This document shows, piece after piece, positions 37,401 through 51,200 of a stretch of DNA of 64,000 nt. A program made the translations under genes and the position numbers. How positions within the stretch are numbered: position 1 is the first letter of the stretch; each line of letters starts with the position of its first letter. Location: the NCBI GenBank assembly GCA_000182565.2, contig KQ257469.1; one strand, given 5' to 3'. Source of the DNA: Spizellomyces punctatus DAOM BR117 (lineage: Eukaryota). The notes beneath the pieces were generated by a model. The model did not search any database, was not told where the DNA came from, and saw only the letters and a program-made list of their open reading frames with translations.

Positions 37401-40400
37401 GAAATGCCGAAAGATTCCTGATTCCTTCAGAAACGATGAGGAATATGCCAAAGTTTTCGAGCCGCTCGTCACTTTGGAGTGTTGGGAGCAACTCATGCAG
37501 AGTAAAGATAATGTCAGCAACGAGGACGCGATAACTGCGACGTTGGAGAACGTTCAGATGGTTGATGAGTTTCATGATCTGACAATCACAGTTTCTAGCA
37601 GAGACATTCGCTTGCGAGGCATTGCGGAACTTGACGTGCTGCAGTTGAAGGAGATGATCTCTCCCAAGCTCGCGACTAGAACGATTAACAGGTCATTCCT
37701 TTGTATAATTCAGAATGTGACAATCAAGGGTGACGGTGGGACCATAATAGCCCGCGCATGTATTGGAAGTCGAGCAGATCTGGTTCCCTCGATACGATTA
37801 GCATCAAAATGGCAGCTCACTCGAACCTTTTCCCTTACGACCACGTACCGCGAGTATATGAGCATCGTTAACTTACCAATGTTGCATCTCCGGTCGGAAA
37901 TATTACAACTATCGACGTCGGAAAAGATACCAGCTCGCGCAACTGAAGTTGATGATATGATGAATAGGTTCGGCCTGAACGAGCCGCAGGCCGCAGCAAT
38001 ATCAGGGGCGCTTCATCAGCAATCTGGATTTACGCTGATTCAAGGTATGTGCAACCACCTATATGTATTTTTTTCTTCTTTTGTGCACTCATCAGCGTTT
38101 TGCACGTCGTCTAGGCCCTCCTGGAACCGGTAGGCACACGTTTCTTTACCGTGCTGACAACAACGGAATCTCATATCCATCATAGGAAAAACGAAAACTA
38201 TCTTGGGTCTTATCAGCGCGTTTTTAACCGTAAAGCAAGGTCAAATCATTCCGGTACCTGGTCAAAATCCTGGCCGGAAACAGCCTATTCCAAATAGCAA
38301 GAAAAATAGGTTGCTCTGCTGTGCTCCAAGGTAGAGGACGCTGTTATACCCAGATGTCACTGTATCCCGGTGGTTTAATCATGTGAACTCCAGCAATGCA
38401 GCCATTGATGAGATTGTCCGGCGTTTGAAGCAAGGCATTAGCAACGGGAAAGGTGGAACGTTCGTTCCACGGATTGTTCGTTTAGGAAACTCTGATTCCA
38501 TTCACTCGAGTGTCCGTGATGTGAGTACTTTTTACATCCTCTTGCTGGTTCTAGGGGTAACCCAGGTTCTCACCTCTGCTGGTCGTTCACACAAGGTTAC
38601 ACTGGATGCGATAGTTGACCGAATGCTCCAGGAGAGCGATGAGTACCAGAAATATCTCACAAAGGCCCAAGAAGTAGACGTTAGAGACGAGGACATACGG
38701 GCGGAAATGGCTGTTCTCAGAGATGAACGTGAAAGCTTGCGAGCTCAGGAAGCAGATGACAATGTGGACGGTCCTCAAGCGCAGGATATTCACGAAAAGA
38801 TAGCCGCCGTTACCAAGAAACTGGGAGCACTACACGAAAAGTTGACCGACGGAAAGCAGGCGCGAAGTACGACTGCGCTGGCCCGCGATAAATTTCGACG
38901 TCGCATTCGGTTGAACCTTCTAACGGATGCCGATGTGATGTAAGATCACACAACGTGAACTGGTTGGCGTATCCGCTTTCAAGCTAACACCGAAGCCATG
39001 TTAGTTTAAGTACACTCAGTGGCGCCGGACACGACGTTCTAGGGGACATTAACAACTTGGAATTTCCAACGGTCATTGTGGACGAAGCTTGTCAGTCGGT
39101 TGAACTGAGCACGCTGATTCCTTTACGCTACGGCGCTAAGAAGTGCATTTTGGTCGGCGGTAAATCAGAGACTTCTACGTGGTTGTTTTGTTTACAACAT
39201 GAGGCTTACAGCACATACGTCTAGATCCGAATCAGCTTCCTCCAACTGTTATATCGCAGGTTGCTCAAGAGTACTCATACGAACAAAGCCTTTTTCAGCG
39301 CATTATGAAGAATAATCCGGAGTGTGTACATCTCCTGAGGTAAGCATTTGATTTCTTACTGAACTGGGTTGATACTGACGTCGTGTTCGTAGCATCCAAT
39401 ATCGTATGCATCCTGCGATATCTCAATTTCCAAGTATTTGCTTTTATGGAGCAAAGGTTCAAGACGCACCGGGAATGGAAGAGTCATGCACAGCACCATG
39501 GCATCGCGATGAGTTGTTTCCTCCATATCGGCTGTACGACATTCACAATGGCCGGGAGGTCGGTGGAAAGGGGCATTCCTACTATAATCCTCGTGAGGTG
39601 AAGCTTTGTGTTGATCTGGTGGAGTCATTGTGTGGTATGTGAATTTGCGGCGACATAACTTGTATGCGGTAGAACTCACTAGGTTGCTGTCGTCATGTTA
39701 GCTGGATACCCAACATATAATTTTGCTGGCAAAATTGGAGGTATATTGCGCGCAGTTTTCACCAATCGGGCCGACTTCGCGATTAACTTGGAGCGTTTGC
39801 AGTAATCACTTTCTATAAACTACAAGTGAGGAAGATAAAAGGTAGGCATGCTTTTAAACCCAATCATTGGTTCAATACAGCTGATTGTGCCTTGAAGATG
39901 AGCTCATCCGGCGATGGTCTCGGGATGTGCTACGATACATCGATGTGAACACCGTAAGTGGTACCGGCTGGTCCTAGCGAATGTCCCTACTGAAACTGAT
40001 TTGTCACGGTAATTAGGTTGATGGGTTCCAGGGGCAAGAGAAGGAGGTGATCATCCTTTCATGTGTTCGTGCGAATGACGGTATGCCATCGCGAATGAGC
40101 TTGTTTCCCTTTTTACCTGATTTTAACCGATTTCCACAGCGCAAGGCGTTGGATTTATTAGCGATGCGCGTCGTATGGTGGGTACAGGTGCTTGCAGCCC
40201 ATGAGGTATCTGTTGCTTAACGGACGTGTCATGTCCATAGAATGTCGCCTTGACTCGATCCAAGTATTCTCTGGTCATTTTGGGAAATGTGAAGACATTG
40301 CGTACAAACAAAGCGTGGCGAAGTCTTGTGAGCAATGCGGATGAACGGAGGCTGATCTCGAGAGTACGTCGTATGCTGACCTCTTCAGGATCTAGTTCGT

Positions 40401-40671
40401 TGTTTGACTCTATCGCTTTACCCAACAGTCGCTCCCCTCCTTACCGGGGAAAGGATACGGACCCCCGCCTCAGAATATTTTGAAGAATCCTAGTAATGCA
40501 AGCGGGCCTGATATGTCGGCACGACCTGACTCACGTACTGGAGCATCGAAGGTATGTGGGTGGTTGGACTGTTGATTTGAAACACTAATCTCACATCGGA
40601 CGTTTCAGCGACGCTGGGACTCGGATGGCGATGGACGAGATGATATCAAGAGATCTAGACAGAGTAGATAA
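34492..40671 (+). CDS. SEN1: SEN1/senataxin SF1 RNA/DNA helicase
   Basis: SEN1_N-like region (HILC, CCRSCVDTY); F.PL...ECW, LIQGPPGTGKT, CAPSNAAIDE, VDEACQ, GDPNQLPPTV, QYRMHP, TVDGFQGQEK, RRMNVALTR. Start and end built from spliced exons. Confidence 0.93.
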
Positions 40672-40885
40672 TCGTAGATAGGTAATGTATTATATTTGTT
40701 GCTAGTGGTCTTCGCGGGTGGCAGAATTGGGTGGGATATTTAAGGTTGAGGAACATAATTTATATCGTCAACATCTTAGTATTGAGAAAATCATGAGGGT
40801 GCTCTATTCACTTCATTGCCGAACATCTAAACAACAACAAAACATTCGTAACTTGCAGCAATAGTCGCTGGAAGTCCGGAGACTG

Positions 40886-42232
40886 CTAGATCTTGGCCTT
40901 GGTCCTTCTCCAGTTGTAGATATCAATCCCAAGTTCTGGGGTAATCCGGATACAAGCACCTAACACATGCAAGGGATTGGTTGTCACGAGAGCCAGCAAC
41001 GGTACATTCGGAAACAATTGCCCAACTCACCCGCTAAGTTTTCGTCCTCAATGCCCCTCACGAAGGCGTCAATGACAAGTTCTACTGGAACACGCTTCTC
41101 AGTGTACTTTTTGAATTCTTCTCCAAATTGCTTTTCACCGGCCTCAAGGATTCCAGTTGGGGAGAAGGATGGACAGATTGCATTGCAGTAGATGCCGTGG
41201 GTTTGGGCCAAGTGACCAAGGGAGCGTGTAAAGTGTACAACCTACAGGAAGCCATTGAGTATGTATATACCAGATTGATATTGCCATTCAAATACATACG
41301 CCACCCTTGGCTGCAGCATACACCGGCTGGAAAGGCTGTAAAAAGGAGTTAGTGAAGCCGCGAGACACTCACAATTACGTAGCTGCAGAGCTCCTACCTG
41401 GGGGTACAAACCAGCCAAGGACGCCGTATTTAAGATTACGCCACCTTTTCCAGCCTTTATCATCTCAGAAATCGCCAACCTCGTTCCCAAGATAACTACA
41501 AAGACGATTCAATTAAGATCCCCCAATTTGCATTAAATCACACGATACCTACCAGCCTCCAAATCAATGCGCAATACTTTGATCCAAGAGTCTTTATAGG
41601 AATATTAGTTACATTTATGATCCCGACCAGTAGGCCCACTATGATGGTACAACCTTGTGTGTCTTGAGCAAAAGAGGTACCTTCCCCAATACCAGCGTTG
41701 TTGACAACGATCTAACAGACATACAGAACATTGTTACAATGGTCGCAAGTGATCAGTACGCGCGTTACGCGCATCGGACTCACGTCAATGCTTCCAAACT
41801 TGCTTTTTGCGAGCTCGAACAGCCGCTCCTGGTCTGACTTTTTGGTGACATCGCACACCGCAAATACCGCGGATCCAGGATGTCTGCAGACATATGTTAA
41901 CTATTTCAGCTTTGGTTGCGTACAGACTGAGGACATACTTTGCATTCAGTTCTTTCTCCAATGCTTTTCCCGCGGCTTCGCTAATATCGCCGAGCACGAC
42001 TTTACCACTGCAGAGATGGTCCAAGCTCCATAAGTTTAGAATTCATAAAATGAGCGAAGCGGCGCAAGCTTACCCTTTTCCTGTCAAGCGCCATGCTGGT
42101 TGGAAAGAGAAGAGTTCAGGTGAGTTGCTGCACTCTGACAGGAAAAGAATGGTCTTCCTTTAACATACCTAGCGCCTTTCCGAATCCAGAGGACGCGCCT
42201 GTGATGATTGCAACCTTTCCTGCTACTCTCAT
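40886..42232 (-). CDS. Short-chain dehydrogenase (15-PGDH-like) ending in PTS1-like AKI
   Basis: GKVAIITGASSGFG, CDVT, VNNAGI, NTASLAG, PVYAAAK, NAICP; last exon ...WRRTKAKI*. Confidence 0.88.
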
Positions 42233-42411
42233 GGTGTGAATTGACAAGCGGGATGGAGGTAAGGACAAGCTGGAAGGCGAGAAAGCCCAAGTCGCGAACG
42301 TCGGATGAATCATCAACCGATCGCGGAAGCACGTGAGGTTGCAATTTCACCCAAAAAGGACATGATCGACATTGGGGTTTTTGGATTTTGGGAATCTGTT
42401 CCATCGAGCAA

Positions 42412-44158
42412 ATGACAAGCATTTACAATGATCGCTACTTACAATGTCCCCTTCCAACCCCAGTGGTGCCGAGAACCGACTTGACCCTGCCTTCGGGCTA
42501 TGACGCTGACGACCTTCCGCGAAAGCTTTATGGCTTCCGGAGAGCTTTGAGCCCCAAGGAGTTTTGGGCGGAGCAATCGGTTTTAGATCGTGTGCGATAT
42601 AAAAACTCCAACCAGCACCAAGGATCGCTGCATTTCCGTAAGCTTTTGGAGGTGGTTATTACCGTGTTACTTTTTGCAATAGTCGGGTCGCTGGGGTCGC
42701 TGATGGAAGTTCCTTGGTGCGTAGGTCCGACGGCTATCTCGGCGTTTCGGAGAAATGGAACTCGATAAGTTGATAAAGGATATCCTCGATGTTATGCACT
42801 GCAACAGGTTGGCATCGTTGAAGATTGTGTGCAATTCTCCCTTTTGTATATCCCTTTGGCTTACCTTGGGTGGATGCAGAACAAAGAAAACCCAAGGCCG
42901 TTGGGAGTGTCTCCCATCACATCCCTACATGTGCTATGTGCTTGCACGGCTAATGGGAGCGTACGGATTGCTGCTGCGGGTAAGAACTGCGACCTTAAGC
43001 AAGGAAGGTTCTGCAGATTCCGACTAATCATTGTTGACCATGATAGTTATTGATCGCTCTCAGGAATACTTACTTGTACGTCATCGGATCGGTCACCCGA
43101 CCAACAGCGTATCCTTGTCCTGATTATGATTGCTTCGAATTTCATCAATAGAGCCTTTCGCGCTGTTGCCCGGCAAACATATTTCATGGCGGTGTCGCTT
43201 GTAATCATGGCGTCCTGCGCACGTCTCCATCTTCTTTCGCGACACATGCTGAATGGTGTTGAGCAGTGTTATCAACTTTTAATGTCTTGGACTCAATCCC
43301 TTCCTGTATGCGTCCCCGCTGCTTTGATTCACGAGAGACTTAATTCGCCGATATTAATGGCTCTGTTCTATGTAGGTCCGGGGATCCAATGATTCATCAG
43401 GAAGCGAATTACCACCGTCATTGAGAGCGAATCTTTTTGATGCCAGTGGCGGTGTATCAATGACCGAGTCAACTGGAGCCCTTGATGAGATGTGCCACTA
43501 CGACACACAGCCTAGCGCATCCCATCGACCAATTTTGATGGAAATTGAACAGGCTGCGGCTGTTTCAGACGAATTCTGGTCGGCAGGAATAGGAGATACG
43601 ACTGACTTCGATATGGCTTCTTTAGCTGCTGGGGAAGATTACTCGGCGGATGGCTCTCTGGTGGACAATCCATCCATAGATGATTGTAACCAGGAAAGTA
43701 GGCCAACTGCTGAGGATGATTCACATGAAGGCAATAAGGCAAATTTGAGAGGTGTAAGAAAAAGCATAACGGCAGAAATGCGAATGCCCAGAGCAGTGTC
43801 GAGAGCTCCGGGGCCAACAAAACGCTCGCAAATGGCAAAGGGTGATGCATCTATCAATGAAAGGGCAAAGAACGGCATTGTTTTACCTAACCAAGCGACT
43901 CAAGTTGCGAAAAAGAAACAACTTGAGAAAGATCAGTCCGAACATCTGGCACAGGAACGGAACTTGGATAGGAACACCACCGGATTGGCTTGTTTGCAAA
44001 AGAAGCGTAAGGCCGCTACTCGCACTGTCACTGGCGACGTTTTGGGCCCGAAAGACGCAGAAACAGCGGATGTTCAATCACATAAGAAGCGACAGAACAA
44101 GAAACTTCCGAAGGAGAAGAAGAACGAGATCGATGACATTTTTGGACTCTTTGGATAA
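42412..44158 (+). CDS. NEPRO/Rmp1-like (DUF4477) nucleolar protein, putative RNase MRP subunit
   Basis: E...LDRVRYKNSNQH....HFRKLLEVRR motif, helical region with YFMAVSLVIMASCARL, and a basic tail ending EIDDIFGLFG. Confidence 0.7.
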
Positions 44159-45406
44159 TCCAGAGAGGATCGCATAATACCAATATTCAGCAGCGCAGAT
44201 ACAAAATTACCACAATCTACAAGCGCATGACTCCAACCGTTGACCTGTTCGGCGACAGCGCCGCTACGCGACTACTAGGGGCATGATGGATGCTGACATA
44301 GTTTCCCTCCCAGTCGGATTACTACCATTTCCAATAAGTTCCACATGGGTTGCGGTTCGGGCCCCATATATCGTCATGAATGACGTGCCGCAGTACTTGG
44401 ATTGAGAGAACATGGGATGGCGACAAAAGGAGAGAGTGAGGGCAATTGCACTGGTGGAAAAGCCGGATGGGTAGCTGCAAAAGATCCCGCATAGGAGTAA
44501 AAAACACCTCGTAGTCGGTGGTCGACTGTGACACTGACTGACTCTGGTGTCATAAAGTATGGTTGCGGTCGTCAGAGGAGCATGTTGAAACCAACCCGCC
44601 CGCTACTATTTTGTACGTATGACACTCATCGGTCAGCTTTCGTTGTAAAAGGTCTTTTATATGGACGAACTTGTGTGCGAAGTAGACAGCAGTCCACTGG
44701 TGACTGGGATAGAAATAGACGCCAAGTGCTCCTGCAGTCGTTGACTTCAGATTTCAGATTTAGCAACATAGTCTTAATGACCGGTGCCGGCTATTCGCAG
44801 AACACTTGCTTCAGCAGTATTCACGTTCGCCGTGTGCTTTCTGTAATCCCATCTGCATTGACGATGTAGAAATACGAACCTTGCAGTCGATTGCGCTGAT
44901 GCTGTAAGAAGGCTCATTGACATATATGCTCTTCAAACAAGCGTAGAGGCCTTGTTCGTCTCCTTCTTGTCCTAGGAATTTGTCTGCCTGTAAAATGAGT
45001 TGAACAAATGGTCCAGGGGCCCAAATCCTTCTCGTAGTTTTCGTTAAGCACTCAGCAAAGAAGTCTCTCATCGCCACTGACTCGGGACCACTTCTCGCAT
45101 AATGGATGGCTTACGGCTGTGCCTTCAAATCCGGATAGATAAGTCAGTGCAACCTTCCAGCTGTATGCACAAAATTGACTGCAATGTGCGGATTTACGTT
45201 GGTGACAATAACTTTGTAGTGTTCAGTTAACACTACATCCGTATACGGTATTCAATTGCACGACTATTTTCGCGGAACGGATGCTTGACGTTCACAAAAC
45301 TGTATGCGTGATGCATCTGAGCTCTGCACCATCAATGGGGTAAAACGCAACGCTACGCTACGATTCAGGCTGATGGCTATTCAACAATATTTACATGCTT
45401 ATATTA

Positions 45407-48088
45407 TTACTCCTCCTCTTTAAACCGCTTTGATACCGGACCATCATCCGATGATTGCTTGCGCTTACTCGCGCCTGATGATGTACCCGCACCCAAACCG
45501 AAGGTAACTTTCTCTCGGTTGTAAGTGTTAACATTTCGATCCGTATCGACGACTGTGGTGGTGGTGACGTTTGCTCGAGCTTGGCGGGCGGGTTTGGCAG
45601 GTTTGGCTTCCGCAAGGGCTACATCAGCTGGCAAAACACTAGAAACAAATATAGTGATGAGAACAGGCCGATCATATAACAGTGCTAATCGATAATAAAC
45701 ATAAAGACGAATTGCGTACCCTCGATTTCCAACGCTGAGCACAACATGCGCCGCCCCGGCTGCTTTTGTTCGCTCCAGTAATGCATTCGCGGTTCCAAGC
45801 GGGGTATCAGTACTACTCATCTTCTCCATCTTGAGCTCATCCTCAATCTTCTTCAGCCGTTTCTCCGTCTTCATTTTGCCTGACGCTTTGCCGTGGAATT
45901 TGTGACTCAACTGTCGGAAGGCCTCCTTGGCATTCAACTTTCGTCCATACTCGTCATGATAATCTAGGTTTACATCGGGAATGTAGTGTCTAAATCGCTC
46001 CTCCACTTCTCTGGCTCGTTCTCGCTCGGCGTACCGCGCCTCTTGTTCCTCACGATACCAGTCACGGTCGCGATCGCCACCACCTCGTGCTTTGTTGCGC
46101 TCCTTGTTGCGTTCTTTCTCCTTTTCCTTTTGAATTTCTCTGAGGAGGTCTCGCTTTCTCTGCTCTGCCAACCATGCTCGTTTTTCAGATTGCTTTCTCT
46201 CTCTTTCGAGCACTTCAGCGCTTGCTTTCTCTACAAAACCCTTTTGACTCAAAAGAGCGACAGTCGCTGCGAGCCCAGAAGCCACCAATGGTTCTTCCTC
46301 GATGGGCGCCGGCTTGGAAGGAAAGATGCGTCAGAAACGTAGCCCGAATGTAAACCAGCTCGTCTTTACCTACCAGCCGGTCCCCATCATCCTGTTCCAT
46401 TACATCCTCCACGCTGCTGTCCAGACTCTTCGTAGACCGTTCTCGTTCATGGTCCCATCCTCCTTTCTCTTCTTGATCCTCATCATCAACCTCCATCGTA
46501 TTTGCTGGCTCTTCTTCCAAGTCCTCCTTCGGGAGCGCTGGCCGGTTGGTTCGTGCTGGTTCCGTGGCTTTCACAACAGGCGCTGTGGCTAGATTCCGAA
46601 CAAATTCCGACGTGGCAGACAGAACTACGGCACCTTCCTCCACGGTATCATCTTCTTTGATCTCACGCGCGGCTATTGTTGAACCCAATCTAGTAAGTCA
46701 TGTAAAAGCCGATAGGCTTATCAAGTACTTCTGCACAAACCTTTTGCAATTTCTTCAACATCCGATTTGCTTCGCTTTTGAGCTTGGAGCCTCCGTGCAC
46801 GTGCCAAGGCAGACTGTAGGTCATCGTCGTCGACAAAATTCACATCTTCAATATTGGCATTTCGATTACTAAGTTCGTAGTCCATTTGCTCTGAGTGCTG
46901 TGGTGCATCCCGACTAGATCTCGGTACTTCATCAATATCCATTCTATCATCCTCTTGAGTACGACCTCTTCGCCGTGAGCCATGGTCGCGCACCACAGTT
47001 TCATGAATAGGAGCCTCCTCATCAAGAGCATCGAAATCAAGCTGTTTTCTCTCACGTCGGACCTTCTTCTTCTTCTTTGGCTTTTTGAAGCTCACCATTT
47101 CCTCTTGCGTGTAATAGTCTTTGATTTCCTGAGTCTTTTCATAGCTAAGAGATACCGCATTTGTTCGCAGTTTTTCTGATACTTCCTTTCGTTTTTGGTC
47201 AAGATCCACCGTTCCTTCTTCGCTGATGACAAAGCCATTTCTTTTAGGACCGTCAAGTTCCTCATCGTACTGCGACAGAAGATTGCGTTTCTCCCCAGGA
47301 GCGTTGAATTCTTCATCGTCATACAGGTTATAGCCCGGCTTTTTCTTCTTATTCTCCAGATTTTTACGATTCCGTTCCATGTCAGCGATATTCACATTGT
47401 GAAGAATATCCCCTTCTTCTTCATTTTCCATGATAGTTGCATCTTTCAATGTTAGAATGGTTTCCCCTCCCCCTGCAATATCCTCCAGTGAATGATCAAC
47501 TCTTAGCCCTTTTAAGTGAGACGGAGTGTAACTGCTCGTAGCCGCTTCATCCATTTCCATCAATTCGGAAGCTTTCTTCTTAGCTAACTCCAACTGCTTT
47601 CGTTTAGCCTTGGCTTTCTGTTTCTCCTCCCTTTCTTTCTGTTTTCGCACCCATTCCAGCGAGTCAGCGGTCGAATCATCTTCGTCGGAGGCCTCCCCCA
47701 GGGTTTTCCCTTCCAGCTGACGATTTCTTTTAGCTTTTTCCGTCTCCTTCGACACACGATCAATGAGGGCCTTCCGCTGAGCAGCCTTCGCCAGTTCTTC
47801 CTTATGCTTTACATAATTTTCCTCCGCCTCTTCTTGTTTGGCCGTCTTATTTCCTTCTGTTAGCGGCTTCAGTCCAAGTTTGATGCGGAGGGCGTTTGTG
47901 TCCTCGATGGAGAGTGCGATCTCGGTCTCCCCATTATCTGCTAGATATGACAGGGAGAGGAAAGTCAGTTAAAATTGCCATTGATAGTGCTCGACATCCC
48001 AATGCATGCATCGAAAAAAGCACGGAGCCACACTTCCCGAACCGACAAAGTCAAAATATTGCTGATACTTACTGTCCCCAGCCATCAT
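45407..48088 (-). CDS. SART1: U4/U6.U5 tri-snRNP protein SART1/Snu66
   Basis: Short exon 1 (MMAGD) followed by the HIND motif LSIEDTNALRIKLGLKPL; ILTLKD, LSQYDEE, DYYT.EE..FKKPKKKK, DDDDLQ, TSEFV, KEAFRQLSHKFHGK..GKMKTEK. Confidence 0.95.
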
Positions 48089-48275
48089 GGGATAAAGGAA
48101 GACCGTTTGAAAAGTCAGGATCTGATCTTTGTTCACTTGGAGGTTCAGTCGCTTGGTCAGCTGACCACGGCACCTGTAAGCAGACGCGCAGGGCGTTCCG
48201 CACTTGCATTTCGCACCGAATGGCGAAAACGTGTTCTGATGAGCGGTCTTTCCATTGGCGCCTTGCAAGTTGAAA

Positions 48276-51200
48276 ATGTTCATCAAACCGCTCGACACGA
48301 CAGCGCTTCCATCGGCCACATTCCAGGACCATGCCGGCAATGCGCACTTCGCCCTTCAATCCAAGAAGGCGAACGTCGTAAGATCCCTCTTTAGTGGGAT
48401 AGCGTCTCTGTCGCTTTCAACCTCTTCAGATAGCGCATATAAGAAAAATATAATGGAGTACGAGTTTCGCATTATTCTGCGATGTCCAAGTCGAAAGGCT
48501 GAATACATCGTTGCTGTTGATGACACGTTCGAGAAGATCCATACTGATTGGAATTGGGTGGAGAGAAACTTGTTTTTGAAGGTGACGGACCCATGTTACA
48601 CATTCTGCTTTCTATATTCGCTTATTTTATGTACTTTTGACACAGCTTGCAGAGATTGATGCATCGGGTTCAACCTTTACCCCACACCAGCTTGACACGA
48701 TGTTATTGAAACAGTTTGAGGAATTGACAGAGGAAGCTGTGGGTAAGTACACTGGCAATCTTGCGGTCAAAATCTCCGACTCTGATTAACGGTTGCGTGC
48801 AGACCCGAGAGCAGCTGAGGTACAAGCGAAACTCCAGGAAGTTCGGAAATCGCTCCTGCCTCATTTTCCGATGCTGTCAGACGAGATCTTACTAAACTGT
48901 AGGTCTACGATGGTTCCTGTGGGTCAATGTTCACTGGAAAAACGTCTTTCCTAACTCACCAAAGGCGTCTGATGCAGTCTACGCATGCACTTACTGGATC
49001 AGTGAAACGGTTGCCGCCAGGGGACAGCTATGCATAACCCGCAACTACGTTTGTTTCTACGGCTCCAAATCAGCGGGACAGCCTGAAAGCAATCTATCGA
49101 ATCCTTCAGATGTGCCTATTTCCATTGGCCTGAAAGATGTCACCTCTTTGGAACTCGTGAATGCAAGCCGGTTACTGTTGCCGGATAGTATCCAGATTGG
49201 AACAAAGCGGAAGAATGTGGGTACGCTGGTGGTTTTCATTCCCACTTGTGAGGACACATCTCATTTGCTGACGCTCAGTATTCTTTCTGGCTCTGCAGTA
49301 CACCTTTTCGCTGTACTTTCACCGAAAAGAAGTCTTCCGAGTTCTCTCTGTATTGGCCAATGCAGCAATGAATCGTTTGATAAAAGGGGCGGAAAATTCA
49401 ATATCTGCACTGTCGGACATGTTCGGCAAGGGTAATGTCAGCGGAGATTTGTCGGCTAACGTTGGAAATCGCGGCGGCGGGCTGTTAACAATGGGGCGGT
49501 CGCGTGATGAATTTTCCTTCTTCCCGCGCCGATCAGCTAGTGCGGTGAGCGACGGGTTGGATGAAACAGACTTCACAGAGCAACTGGAGCGGACAGGCGA
49601 TCAACACAAACCGTCAGGGGAGGCAGCTGACTCAGAATTGGAGAAAACTGGGGCTATCGAAGAAGACGAGAGTGATGGTGTAGGGGCAGCGGACTTCACG
49701 TATGGCCTGATGCGATATGCCCACATCTCCGCTGCGACGATGAATTCCATAGAAGACCTAGACATCCAAACGAGAAACCTAGAGTTTCGTCAGCTATTCA
49801 GGTTGCCCTTTTCGGACACAATCGTGTTGGATGAAGCCCCATGCTACTTCTATCATCGAATGAACTCTGCCAACATCACTGGTAAACTGTATCTCTCGCA
49901 AAATTTCCTAAATTTCGTGGGCCTATCACCAGCCGGTTCCGGGGGCCAGATATTGGGGAGTACTGCAGCATCAAATTCTGCGTCGATGTCCACGCTCTTT
50001 GAGTCTCCGCAGGATCCCACGTTGATATTGAGTATACCGTATCCGCATATCGTTTCTGTTAAAAAGCAGCCCCCAACGGCCCTACCTGCTGCTGGGAAAA
50101 TATCCACGTTTTCTTTGTCAGGCTACCTTGTTCTGTCAACCAAGAGCAAACAGGAAATCTGGCTGTCATTTGGTAATGTCAAAAGTAGAGATCGTGTATC
50201 GGAAATTCTTCTGCAAAGGATGAAACAGGTTGATTTTCATTTTGATGACGATTTTGTGGTTGGTGAACGAAACGGTGGCATTATTCGACGAGGTTCCACA
50301 GTCCAACCATCTACACCTGGAGGATCGCAACCTGCAACGAGTGGATCAGCTTTTACATTCCGCGTTAGTGGTTCCGCAAACTCTACTGGCAGTCTTGACG
50401 AGTTCATTGGCAGCCTACAAGAGGACAAGATATACGGAACCGGTGGTGGACCTCGAATTCTTCAGATTGGTCTCAAATTCTTGTTCGATGACCTCCACAG
50501 CGAAGGGACGCTGCCGCCAGCAATGAGAGTTCGGGGTGGAAGCCAAGATTTTGAAACTGATATGGTGAAAAGATCTATTAGCAACCCCCCCTTGTCTGAA
50601 GACCGTGTGAGCAGGACCCAAGCAGATGCACAGGCAATAGAGAAGTGGGAAGACTATTTGGAAGGCAATGGAAGAGATGTTTGTATGATCAAAGACTTTA
50701 AGGCGTTGCGCGAACTAATAATACGGACCAATGGGATACCAATCAAATTCCGTGGCGACATCTGGTATGTGTTTCGGAATTTTTCATTTTCTCTGAAGGG
50801 GTGACCCATGACATTTAATGGTTTTATTCAGGATGATATGTGCCGGCAGCTGGTATTCACGCCCGGAGAAAGACTATTATACTAAGCTCGTGCATGGTCA
50901 TATGCGGGAGACTAGCGTGTTTGCCGAAGAGATTGAGAAAGACGTTCGCAGGTATGACATGAAAGGCACAGGGATTGTGTGTTGCCACGGGTCGACTCAC
51001 CCGCACCGCCCCCTCCTATCATCAGGAGTTTACCAGAGCACCCAGCGTACCAGTCGACGGTGGGTATTGACGCCCTTCGACGGCTCCTCACTGCATATTC
51101 GTGGCGAAATCCAGCTATTGGCTATGCACAAGCTTTGAATATCATATCCGCCGTCCTGTTACTCCATTTACGAGAAGAGGATGCCTTTTGGTTGCTGTGT

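Noticed and set aside
43109..43117. GTATCCTTG in the NEPRO-like gene
   Set aside because: It is internal to an intron whose in-frame donor is the upstream GTACGT.
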